IMG/VR virus record: IMGVR_UViG_3300030419_007010
Coordinates: 97,728 to 161,727 of that record
Source: a virus
Length of the DNA stretch: 64,000 nucleotides
Strand: one strand, 5' to 3'
The notes below the pieces were generated by a model. That model saw only the letters and a list, made by a program, of their open reading frames with translations. It had not been told where the DNA came from and searched no databases. Positions 40,482-48,835 of this stretch are shown one piece after another. Each line of letters begins with the position of its first letter. Within the stretch, counting starts at the first letter, position 1. Position numbers and translations under genes: made by a program.

Positions 40482-41279
40482 CTATTTTCCTGTTACAAAA
40501 TAATATCCAGCCGCGGCTAATTTATTTCGGTCTGTGATAGGCTTATTATTTGCATCTGTTAAATCTCCTCCTGGAAATGCTGTAATTGGAGATATTAATA
40601 ATTTTCCATCAGATACTTTTCCTATAATCCCAGCAATAAAACTCATATTTTGAGTATCTTTACCTTCACCAGATGTTATAGCTACCCTCTCAATTTGATA
40701 AGCTTTTGAATTAGATTCTGGAGTCCAAATAGGAATTTTCAACAAGTCTTCTCCTTGTTGAGCCAATTTAGCACCTTCTTCAGTTGTAACAATTGCTCCT
40801 TTTTTTTGTTCTCCGGGGATATATTGTTGATTTCGAAATTCTGTTACAGAAGTGTGTTTTTTCATTTTAGCTACTTCTTCGGGAGAAGCTTTTTTTACAT
40901 TTGCAGTACCAACTGGTATTCCGGCCGGCAAATCTAACCATTTAATTCTTGTAGGGTCACTCGTATCATTAGGATTATTTTTAGATACCAATGATATAAT
41001 CGCCTTTTGAAAATCTACGTTCGGTGAAAATTTGGATCCTGGTTGGGAATTTGGACCCTTAACATGTCTTGATTTAATGTGATCAAAATTATCCCTAGTA
41101 CCGATTATATAATAATTTCCAGCAGGAGATATAGTATTTTTATCTGCTTTGACTTTTCCTCTTATATATTTATTTAATTCATTATCTGGATTATCAATAA
41201 TTTGTTGAATTTCTTCAAAAGGAACTTGTCCAACCTCTTCATTTACATATTGGCGCCAGGATTCAAATAAGTTTTTCAT
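40482..41279 (-). CDS. leader-tagged putative toxin-type RNase (EndoU-like)
   Basis: MKNLFESWRQYVNE leader; DHIKSRH, GSKF, ITAFP. Confidence 0.5.
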   Translation of the reverse strand: MKNLFESWRQYVNEEVGQVPFEEIQQIIDNPDNELNKYIRGKVKADKNTISPAGNYYIIGTRDNFDHIKSRHVKGPNSQPGSKFSPNVDFQKAIISLVSKNNPNDTSDPTRIKWLDLPAGIPVGTANVKKASPEEVAKMKKHTSVTEFRNQQYIPGEQKKGAIVTTEEGAKLAQQGEDLLKIPIWTPESNSKAYQIERVAITSGEGKDTQNMSFIAGIIGKVSDGKLLISPITAFPGGDLTDANNKPITDRNKLAAAGYYFVTGK

Positions 41280-41443
41280 TTCTTGTTTTGCCTCGCTATT
41301 TTTTTAACTTGCTTTTGTAGTTTTGTTACTTCAGTTTCTAGACTATCTAATCTACTTTGTGTTGTATAATAAAATCCACCTAAAGTGGCAGCAATCGTTA
41401 AAAGGGTAATAAGGGTCTTAATATCTATATTTTCTAACTTCAT
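41276..41443 (-). CDS. 55-aa single-TM plus coiled-coil protein
   Basis: Not in track; MKLENIDIKTLITLLTIAATLGGFYYTTQSRLDSLETEVTKLQKQVKKIARQNKK. Confidence 0.65.
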   Translation of the reverse strand: MKLENIDIKTLITLLTIAATLGGFYYTTQSRLDSLETEVTKLQKQVKKIARQNKK

Positions 41444-41445
41444 GT

Positions 41446-41874
41446 TTAATCCTCGTTAGTAAATATTTCACTACCCTTGAAGTTTTCTGCTTTTTCTTCT
41501 CTCGAAAAAGTTCTAATAACGCCGGCCTTCTTTTCTAAAATATAAATTATTTCTAGAGGTTGGAATCCAACAATTATTTTTCCTTTGACAATGAAAAGGG
41601 GAACTGCGCTAAGACGGCCTTTATAGCCTATCGATTTAGCATACTTTACTAACTGTTCGTAATCATTATCGTTTTCAAAGTCTTTTTCAATATAATGAAT
41701 TTCATTGTCTTTAAGAAACTCTTTAGCTTTGTCGCACCACGAACACCATGAAGTCGAATATAAAACTACAACATCATCATTTAATGAAACAGTTTCTTTT
41801 TTAATTTCAGTGGTTGCACAAGACATACAAGATAGTAAGAAGACACAAGATAATAATATTAATAGATATTTCAT
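41446..41874 (-). CDS. glutaredoxin/NrdH-like lipoprotein
   Basis: Lipobox-like Cys; YSTSWCSWC, AVP, IVGF. Confidence 0.85.
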   Translation of the reverse strand: MKYLLILLSCVFLLSCMSCATTEIKKETVSLNDDVVVLYSTSWCSWCDKAKEFLKDNEIHYIEKDFENDNDYEQLVKYAKSIGYKGRLSAVPLFIVKGKIIVGFQPLEIIYILEKKAGVIRTFSREEKAENFKGSEIFTNED

Positions 41875-41938
41875 TTATTTTTCCCTATTTTCTACTTCAT
41901 AAATTATGCTAATAATAATACATGCGATGATTATTAAC

Positions 41939-42187
41939 TTAATCTCCACCGTAGGTTTTCCAAAGCTCTACTATCTCTTCATATTGCTTTCTAGCGTCGT
42001 AATCTACTTTACTTAAGGATTTATCTAGATGTAAAGGTTGTTTTTCTTCATCTTCTTTTTTCCAAATAAGTCTTAAAACTTCTAGAATATGTTCTTTGTC
42101 TAGTTCGTCATGGGTCTCGTTAAGATTTCTTCTTGCTTCTTTCCAAGTTAACTTATCTTTTTGTAAATCTACGCATATTAGACACAT
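41939..42187 (-). CDS. hypothetical protein (N-terminal CxxC)
   Basis: MCLIC; GGAG SD. Confidence 0.65.
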   Translation of the reverse strand: MCLICVDLQKDKLTWKEARRNLNETHDELDKEHILEVLRLIWKKEDEEKQPLHLDKSLSKVDYDARKQYEEIVELWKTYGGD

Positions 42188-42205
42188 TCACTTATTTCTC
42201 CTATT

Positions 42206-43099
42206 CTATCGGCCAGACTCGGACAGAGCGTCGTTCCAGAGTCGATAATGTGTATCCCAGGTTGATACCACCTCGCCGCGTACATTTTGAATTTCCACAG
42301 GACCATATTGTTGTATATATCCTTGAGCGAGTGCGTGGTCTTTTGCATCATCTATGTTAGCAAATGGTTCAGAGTATAATTTTGTGGCTCTGTATCTTCC
42401 GTCTGGCGGAGCCCACAAAGTAAATTCACCCATCGTTGGTCGCACATGATAATTTGGCATTTCCTTTAGCGTATTTTGCAGTTCTTCTTGAACAATTTGT
42501 TTTAGCTTTGATTCATCCAATGATCGTACCCAATCGAGCCCGCTACCGGGTTTGATGGCGTCTATATCCGAGCGTCTTTTTTGCCAATTATCTATCCTCG
42601 ATTGATCCCAGTTGCGGGGTTCCCAGGCATAACGGAGGCGGTGGGCCCTTGGTGGGTGTTCTGGGTGGGTACGACCTTCAGGATTTTTTTCATCCTTTTT
42701 TGTTCCTACTTGTCTTAAAAACCTCGCAAGATCGGGGTGCTCGCTCCGGACCTTTTTGAGTATTCTTGTCATTTCATCACTTACAGTGTTAAATTTTCTA
42801 GCTGTGGCGCCCAACTTTTCTTTTCCAAAATTTCTTTTATCTGGTCCTTCTGGCATAGCTGCATGTTCTTTTTCCAGTTCTTTTAACTCTAATGAAAGTT
42901 TTTGAAATTCTTTTATTCTTTCTATTAATCCTGGTTCATTTTCCAAAATATTGTTATACCTTTCTAACTCTTGGCTCTGCTTTTTTAACTTTCGGCCCTG
43001 ACGCCATTTATTAAATTTGTTTTTTATAGTTTCTTCTTTTAACACGCTTTGTAGTTCTTCTTCAATAATTTGTTTTAGTTTTGATTGGGTTAGTTTCAT
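42206..43099 (-). CDS. leader-tagged protein with a second internal leader copy
   Basis: MKLTQSKLKQIIEEELQSVLKE and internal ESKLKQIVQEELQNTLKE. Confidence 0.75.
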   Translation of the reverse strand: MKLTQSKLKQIIEEELQSVLKEETIKNKFNKWRQGRKLKKQSQELERYNNILENEPGLIERIKEFQKLSLELKELEKEHAAMPEGPDKRNFGKEKLGATARKFNTVSDEMTRILKKVRSEHPDLARFLRQVGTKKDEKNPEGRTHPEHPPRAHRLRYAWEPRNWDQSRIDNWQKRRSDIDAIKPGSGLDWVRSLDESKLKQIVQEELQNTLKEMPNYHVRPTMGEFTLWAPPDGRYRATKLYSEPFANIDDAKDHALAQGYIQQYGPVEIQNVRGEVVSTWDTHYRLWNDALSESGR

Positions 43100-43100
43100 G

Positions 43101-43448
43101 TTATTCTTCATATTTTACTCCTCCGGGAAGTGTTTTTGGTAGAGGTCGACCTAGAGTAGATAATATTTCATCTGCAGCTTTCTGATCTGCAGCATCCAAA
43201 ATTTCTTTTAACATCCTAACGGCCTCTTCTAGACCATCGTGAAGGATTTGTTCAGCTAGATCTTCTGCGCCTCGTTCGTAATCTGTAAGAGATCTAGATG
43301 TGCCAAGGTTCTGGACACTCATATTAGTACTCTCCAAAACACTTTCTAGAATATCAAATATTTTTTTAAGAGGATCAGAAGACTCATGTTCTAATACACT
43401 CATTTCTTCTTTTATAATCTGCTTTAGTTGTGATTTAGTTAGTTTCAC
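43101..43448 (-). CDS. leader-tagged helical protein
   Basis: GTG start, MKLTKSQLKQIIKEE. Confidence 0.75.
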   Translation of the reverse strand: MKLTKSQLKQIIKEEMSVLEHESSDPLKKIFDILESVLESTNMSVQNLGTSRSLTDYERGAEDLAEQILHDGLEEAVRMLKEILDAADQKAADEILSTLGRPLPKTLPGGVKYEE

Positions 43449-43804
43449 GTAAATGCTCCTACGTTTTGTGCCTGATAACCTTTCTTCAGCGCCCAGGCCT
43501 CAACGAAATAATGCGCGATGCCGTTGCGGATCATCGCCTTGGCTGCGTCGGCGGCATCTACTGCGCCGGCGTGATCTGAAAAATTAAATTGCTCAACGTC
43601 ACCATCTGCGAACGTAATCGTTTGACCATTCATCTGTTCAAGCATTTCTTCAAATGTGGTTGTTATCCCACCGATTTTTACAAATGGCCCACCATCGTCT
43701 TCATCATCAATAACGTTATATGTAAAGGTGCCGGCCTGCTCATTCAATACTTTCGCGAGTTCTTCTTTTATAATCTGTTTCAGTTGTGATTTGGTTAGTT
43801 TCAT
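43445..43804 (-). CDS. leader-tagged protein
   Basis: MKLTKSQLKQIIKEELAKVLNE. Confidence 0.75.
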   Translation of the reverse strand: MKLTKSQLKQIIKEELAKVLNEQAGTFTYNVIDDEDDGGPFVKIGGITTTFEEMLEQMNGQTITFADGDVEQFNFSDHAGAVDAADAAKAMIRNGIAHYFVEAWALKKGYQAQNVGAFT

Positions 43805-44058
43805 AGTTCAACGTCCTCGATGTCTAATTCTCTCATACTAGATAATACTCTTTGTACCACATCAGTAAGTCTTTCATATTTAGGATCAAAAGCATTGTGG
43901 ATAGATTCATGTTCTTCGTCTGTTAAAGCGGTTGGATGCCAATCTCCATTATACCAAATCATGATTTCTGCTTCGGGATCAAGAGTTTGAGCAGATAAAG
44001 CATGCTCATTTAAAAAATATCTTGGGTCAATACGTTTTTTATTTTTTTTTGATATCAT
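43801..44058 (-). CDS. hypothetical protein, leader variant
   Basis: KNKKRIDPRYFLNE N-terminus. Confidence 0.65.
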   Translation of the reverse strand: MISKKNKKRIDPRYFLNEHALSAQTLDPEAEIMIWYNGDWHPTALTDEEHESIHNAFDPKYERLTDVVQRVLSSMRELDIEDVEL

Positions 44059-46487
44059 TTTAAATATTTTCTCCAGGAATCAAATAAAATCTTATCTGTA
44101 ACTAGTTTATTTTGTTGGTTTTCTTCCATAACACTATCTATCACTCCCATTGTTTCTTCGGGAGTTGGCATGCCGGGTCTCCAACCACTAGGATCTTCTT
44201 GAGCGCCAGAAGCCGGCTTAAATAGTTGTGGCTCTTCTTCCATTGCCAGCTTGCCAAATTTTGCTGCAGCGTCTAGAGTTTGGTCTATAAGTATTTTATA
44301 AACTTCGTTTAAATACCTGTCTAAATACTTTGCAAACTGAATTGTGTCTTTAATTTGATCCAAATCGTCTGTCATTTTTATTTTCATATGGATGGTAGCC
44401 TTTAGGGCGGGACTCGGAGACACTTGAATATCAGGAGATAAAATCTCAACCTCAATATTTTTATATGGTATTGTATCCCAAGCTCTATCTTCTAAAAGCT
44501 TCATTTGTCGATCTTTTTGTTGATCTAGTTGTACGAATAGATCAATTGTTTTACGTAGCCAATCTTTTAAGAAGTCTGTATAGGGGCTACGAATATTCTG
44601 TTCAATTCTCTTTGTATATCTGGAGAGAAATGTTTTTTGTACTATTGACACTGCGCCCTGCTCACGTTGGTGTTGCTCACGAGTATCTTCTAACTTATCG
44701 TAATTTAAAGCTTTTAATAAGCCAGTGAGTGGTAAATCAAATTTAGGAGTGAAAAGATGGATGATACCTTTTTCAAATTTTGTATTTAGATTCTTAAATT
44801 GTTCTAGCTCGTCAAACATTTGCTTTCTAGCGTCATATTTTTCAGATTTTATGTAGCCCATATTTCCTAATTCTTCAATTGCTTTTTCTAAAATCTGAGG
44901 ATGTTTTTTATCGTATTCAGCTATTCTATTAAGAAATACTTTAAATTGGGTTACACCTTCGTGCTCATCGTGGTCTGGTTCAAATCTAACTCTAATAGTT
45001 TCTTCATAATCATTAATTTCTACTTCAACTTCATCAGGATATATACCTAGGTCATCCATCGCATCTTTGAATATATCAGTTAGTTGATCTTCATAATCAG
45101 ATGCCATTGGATTTCCATCGCCTGTATCAATCCATGGAAGGTCTTCCGGAAGATCGATTGATGTATAGGCATTCCAAATCCAGCGATGTCCACCCCAATC
45201 CCGAGGATCTTGAACATCTACATCAATATATTCAAAAGAGTGCTCGTGATCTCTTAGCGCAACTTCGAAATCTTCTGAGTCCGGACCGGCTGGATTTTCA
45301 CCTTCGTGCTCGCGAGCTACATACAAACAATCATGGGCGGCGGATTCGAATATTCTCTGTAGTACCTCTAATACTTCTTCAACATCATTAGGATCTTCTA
45401 TAGTTTCGTCATATTCTTCACCAAAATCTCTCACTAGTGTTTTGACAAGAGTCTGAACGTCTTCTGGTACGTCATCGCCCATTTCCAGATCCCTATTGAG
45501 TGTACTAAGTGTTTTTTCTGGGTTAGATACAGCACCTCCTGCTAACACATACTCCATATTTCTATAAAAATCAGAATGGTCAATATCTTTATTGTCTCTA
45601 TTATTAATATTAATAACGTCTTGATCTAAAACTGTTAGCGCTTGTAAGGAAGCATCATCACTCTTAGGTAAAAATTTACTAATAACATAATAAAAGGATT
45701 TACCTTCGTCTGTATATTTTGTATACCATTCTTCATGACCATCATAGCCCTCTACATTACAATTTCCTCTTGCAATACACCAACTTGTGGCTCCTCGTGC
45801 TCCACCTAGATGGGCTGCAGCCTCAACAGAATATGGACGAGCTAATACAAAATAATCATTTTCAATAAGAACTTCAACATCTTCAAGAGCTTTCATTTTT
45901 TCGCCTCTCTTCTTTTGGCGCTTTGAAAACCCTAGTTCTTTAGTTACAGATATAAGATCATCTAAACTTTTGTAGGAATTGATGTCTTTGTTTTTAATTC
46001 TTTGAATGTTTTTGTGGAACTCTGCAATTTCATCGCCAATTTTTATAGCGTGATTAAAAAGCTCAACAAAGAATTCATCTTGGGGATTAGGCTCGTCTTT
46101 GGCCGGCCACGCGATGTTGACGCCTAGTGGCCCCTTTAACTGCTTATCTAGTTCTGCAGCTAGCTGTTTAGTCATCCACATAAGATACTTATTGTTTTTA
46201 GAGGGATCTAAATTAGCTAGACGGTCTACAAATCGATTAACTTGAGGATATTTTTTCTCTGCGTCCTCTTTACGACCTTCCGCAATAAGGGCTATTTCTT
46301 CTTCAGTTAAAGTATCTTCTTCAGCTAAGAATCCGCCTCGTCGACCAGTTGCTGAATCTGTAGAACTAGCATAACCATCAAATCCAATAGTTTCTCTTTT
46401 GGATTCATATCTAGAACTTTGATGACCAGGGCCCGGGCGTTGATTCTCAGTAAGAAAACTTCTCCATTTATTAACAAAGTCACTCAT
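44055..46487 (-). CDS. large acidic protein with W-R leader motif at both ends
   Basis: MSDFVNKWRSFLTE ... KILFDSWRKYLK; DPSKNNKYLMW and TSWCI motifs. Confidence 0.7.
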   Translation of the reverse strand: MSDFVNKWRSFLTENQRPGPGHQSSRYESKRETIGFDGYASSTDSATGRRGGFLAEEDTLTEEEIALIAEGRKEDAEKKYPQVNRFVDRLANLDPSKNNKYLMWMTKQLAAELDKQLKGPLGVNIAWPAKDEPNPQDEFFVELFNHAIKIGDEIAEFHKNIQRIKNKDINSYKSLDDLISVTKELGFSKRQKKRGEKMKALEDVEVLIENDYFVLARPYSVEAAAHLGGARGATSWCIARGNCNVEGYDGHEEWYTKYTDEGKSFYYVISKFLPKSDDASLQALTVLDQDVININNRDNKDIDHSDFYRNMEYVLAGGAVSNPEKTLSTLNRDLEMGDDVPEDVQTLVKTLVRDFGEEYDETIEDPNDVEEVLEVLQRIFESAAHDCLYVAREHEGENPAGPDSEDFEVALRDHEHSFEYIDVDVQDPRDWGGHRWIWNAYTSIDLPEDLPWIDTGDGNPMASDYEDQLTDIFKDAMDDLGIYPDEVEVEINDYEETIRVRFEPDHDEHEGVTQFKVFLNRIAEYDKKHPQILEKAIEELGNMGYIKSEKYDARKQMFDELEQFKNLNTKFEKGIIHLFTPKFDLPLTGLLKALNYDKLEDTREQHQREQGAVSIVQKTFLSRYTKRIEQNIRSPYTDFLKDWLRKTIDLFVQLDQQKDRQMKLLEDRAWDTIPYKNIEVEILSPDIQVSPSPALKATIHMKIKMTDDLDQIKDTIQFAKYLDRYLNEVYKILIDQTLDAAAKFGKLAMEEEPQLFKPASGAQEDPSGWRPGMPTPEETMGVIDSVMEENQQNKLVTDKILFDSWRKYLK

Positions 46488-46502
46488 ATCACTATAAGTA
46501 GT

Positions 46503-46907
46503 TTATTTTTCTGTGTTTTTCTGCTCTTTTAGCTTATTTTTAACATTCTCGTTAATAGGGACTGGTTCTCCGTCGCCATCTACACGGACAAATGTCATGT
46601 CAGTTGTGCATGCAACCTTCTGTGAACCATTATATGGGCTATGTCTTCTCGCCTCTAAAGTTATAGTAATAGAGGTCGAACCAATGTCTTTTATCTTGCC
46701 ATAAATTTTAATAATTTGACCAGGACGAATTGGTTTTCGAAATATAACTTCTGAAATTTTTACAGTGACCATTCTTGGCGATTCTGCTAGTTCTGCGGCT
46801 AACGCCGCTCCGGATTCATCTAGCCAAGCTAGTAGTAATCCTCCGAAAAGATTACCGTGGAAACCAACATCTTTTGTCATACAGACATGAGTTGAAAGAA
46901 GGCGCAT
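46503..46907 (-). CDS. hotdog-fold acyl-CoA thioesterase (YciA-like)
   Basis: HGNLFGG.LLAWLDE, MVT, F.KP...G, G.TS, TFV.VD. Confidence 0.9.
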   Translation of the reverse strand: MRLLSTHVCMTKDVGFHGNLFGGLLLAWLDESGAALAAELAESPRMVTVKISEVIFRKPIRPGQIIKIYGKIKDIGSTSITITLEARRHSPYNGSQKVACTTDMTFVRVDGDGEPVPINENVKNKLKEQKNTEK

Positions 46908-46937
46908 AATATAATAATTCCTTTATGTTATAAAAAG

Positions 46938-47289
46938 TGGTGGAGGTGCCGGGAGTCGAACCCGGGTCCAGAATACATCAAATAGTTTGTCATTCACAAG
47001 GTTAGTTCATTTTATATTTTTTTTAAAGGTCTTCTTCAAAAACAAACAAAATAATTTGACCAATGAAGTATACCGCTAAGTATACAATGCTAAAAATATT
47101 TAAAGAGGCGCTAGCAATCCTCTGTCGCTACTTTGGTTAAGAAGGTAGTTAGCGAACCCCCTTATGCTGCGAGAGCATAATTTGCAACATTATCGTTGGC
47201 AATTATAGTTTCAGCGTTTTAACAGAGCCACGCTGCCCTCTGCCTTGCACAAAATATTATACTTACCCTGTCGATACCAGTTCACCCCC
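46938..47289 (-). ncRNA. ssrA: tmRNA; resume-frame tag ANDNVANYALAA* at 47162-47200
   Basis: 5' GGGGGTGAACTGGTATCGAC pairs with 3' CACCTCC-ACCA (G3:U70 Ala identity); T arm CCGGG-TTCGACT-CCCGG; ATAATT-GCC resume context; tag ends YALAA. Confidence 0.96.
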
Positions 47290-47304
47290 GTATATTATTT
47301 TTCA

Positions 47305-47406
47305 TTAGCACTTTCCAGCGCAGTCTACACAAGAGCAGCATCCACAGCAACAGCAGCAATGGTTGTTATTGAATAAGTTTGCTAATTTATGAAGTAAATT
47401 TTTCAT
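47305..47406 (-). CDS. 33-aa poly-Cys micro-peptide MKNLLHKLANLFNNNHCCCCCGCCSCVDCAGKC
   Basis: Not in track; AGGAG SD, ATG, 10 Cys; paralog adjacent. Confidence 0.75.
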   Translation of the reverse strand: MKNLLHKLANLFNNNHCCCCCGCCSCVDCAGKC

Positions 47407-47432
47407 TAGTTTGTCTCCTAGCTTTTAAAATT

Positions 47433-47525
47433 TTATAACAAATGAGCGAAATATCTGAGGGGTATAGGCCACTTGCAACACCCACAACAGCAGCAACAAT
47501 GTTTTTTATTAAGTATCTTTTTCAT
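47433..47525 (-). CDS. 30-aa poly-Cys micro-peptide MKKILNKKHCCCCCGCCKWPIPLRYFAHLL
   Basis: Not in track; AGGA SD; same HCCCCCGCC core with synonymous codon changes. Confidence 0.7.
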   Translation of the reverse strand: MKKILNKKHCCCCCGCCKWPIPLRYFAHLL

Positions 47526-47609
47526 TAGTCTAGATTCCTAATCAAAAGGAACAATATAAATAGTTTTTATAAATTAATATTACAACATAGCATATGCCAA
47601 AATCGAATA

Positions 47610-47969
47610 TCATTGTTCTTTTTTTTCAAAAAAGCTTTTAATATCAAATTCTTTTAAGAGTTTTCGAAGTTGGGTTTTTCTAAGACCCAAAAAGCTAGCA
47701 GCCTCACCTTTTGTTCTCGCTGCTGAATAAGTATACATTAATACTGCTTCTCTCGCAATATTTGGAATTGATTGCCAAAGCTTAAAACCATATAATTTGC
47801 TGTCGACCACTCTAGCGGCACACTCTAATCTGAGAGCTATCATCTCTTCGAGAGTTAAGTTAGAAAGCATTATTTCAAATTCTTCGTTCGACTTTTTTTC
47901 TGAACGTAACTTATTGGAAATGCTATAATATTCATTATCTCCGTAGAGTTTCTTCTTTCTTTCCCACAT
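47610..47969 (-). CDS. Fis-like HTH DNA-binding protein
   Basis: C-terminal TKGEAASFLGLRKTQLRKLLKEFDI matches the Fis/HTH_8 pattern. Confidence 0.65.
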   Translation of the reverse strand: MWERKKKLYGDNEYYSISNKLRSEKKSNEEFEIMLSNLTLEEMIALRLECAARVVDSKLYGFKLWQSIPNIAREAVLMYTYSAARTKGEAASFLGLRKTQLRKLLKEFDIKSFFEKKEQ

Positions 47970-48034
47970 ATGATCTTAACAAATTCGAATATTCATGCTA
48001 CAATCTAAACACTAGCTTAACTAGCAATTAGTTG

Positions 48035-48835
48035 TTAAACAACACCTTCTAACTCTTCAGGAGCCGGCTGGTCTACAGGCTCCTCGGTACCGACACCCTG
48101 CTCGTATTCTGGTGTCGTAGGTTCTTCAACTTCTGGTGACAAGTCAGTTTCAAATTTATCAAAGTATAATTTTAAGTTAGTAATTAAGTAATCATAAAAT
48201 AATTCTTTATCTTCAGTAGATCCCAGCACGTCATATGAATCAACTATATTACTACTAATTTTCTTAAATGAAGTAAAGGCCATATTTCTACCTGTTTCTT
48301 CCTGACCAGGGATCCCAAACTCTTCCCTTTCATCAGGTGGCTCTTCTACAGCAGCTTTGTCATCGATATCGATAAAAGCATCATCAGGAGGACTAGCTCC
48401 CTCTCCTCCAATATCAACTTCTACTTCTTTTACTGATACTAGCTTACTTTCTTCTCCAGCTTTTGATGTGACTCTTGGTGGAGCTAGCGTATCTTCTACC
48501 GCCTTAATAACATGAGACCTAAAAGATTGGCGCTGCTCAACACTTGAAGTAAGTTTCTTAAAATCGTCTTCTAGAACTGGGATGATTTTCTTAAGTAAGT
48601 CTTCTAATACATTAATACCAGTAGATCTATGAGGGGCGGGATCATTATCATCTACACTAGTTTCTTTTAGAAGATCTTTAATAATACTACGAAGTTTTTG
48701 TTCTTCAAGTAAAGCCTGTTGCTTTTCTGTTTCTTTCTTTTCTAAAACTATAGAAATACCTTTTCGTATTATCTTGCGAAGTTTTAGTTCTTGTAAAAAT
48801 TGTTCTCTATTTGTTTGCATGGTTCCCGCTCCCAA
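48035..48835 (-). CDS. acidic hypothetical protein with KLRxII motifs (possible head-associated protein)
   Basis: ELKLRKIIR and EQKLRSIIKDLLKE; HRSTGIN; acidic Pro-rich tail. Confidence 0.65.
   Translation of the reverse strand: MGAGTMQTNREQFLQELKLRKIIRKGISIVLEKKETEKQQALLEEQKLRSIIKDLLKETSVDDNDPAPHRSTGINVLEDLLKKIIPVLEDDFKKLTSSVEQRQSFRSHVIKAVEDTLAPPRVTSKAGEESKLVSVKEVEVDIGGEGASPPDDAFIDIDDKAAVEEPPDEREEFGIPGQEETGRNMAFTSFKKISSNIVDSYDVLGSTEDKELFYDYLITNLKLYFDKFETDLSPEVEEPTTPEYEQGVGTEEPVDQPAPEELEGVV

Noticed and set aside
47305-47525. Firm call as streptolysin-S-like RiPP precursors
   Set aside because: No YcaO, dehydrogenase or transporter is in the window and there is no recognisable leader or cleavage site; kept only as an alternative.
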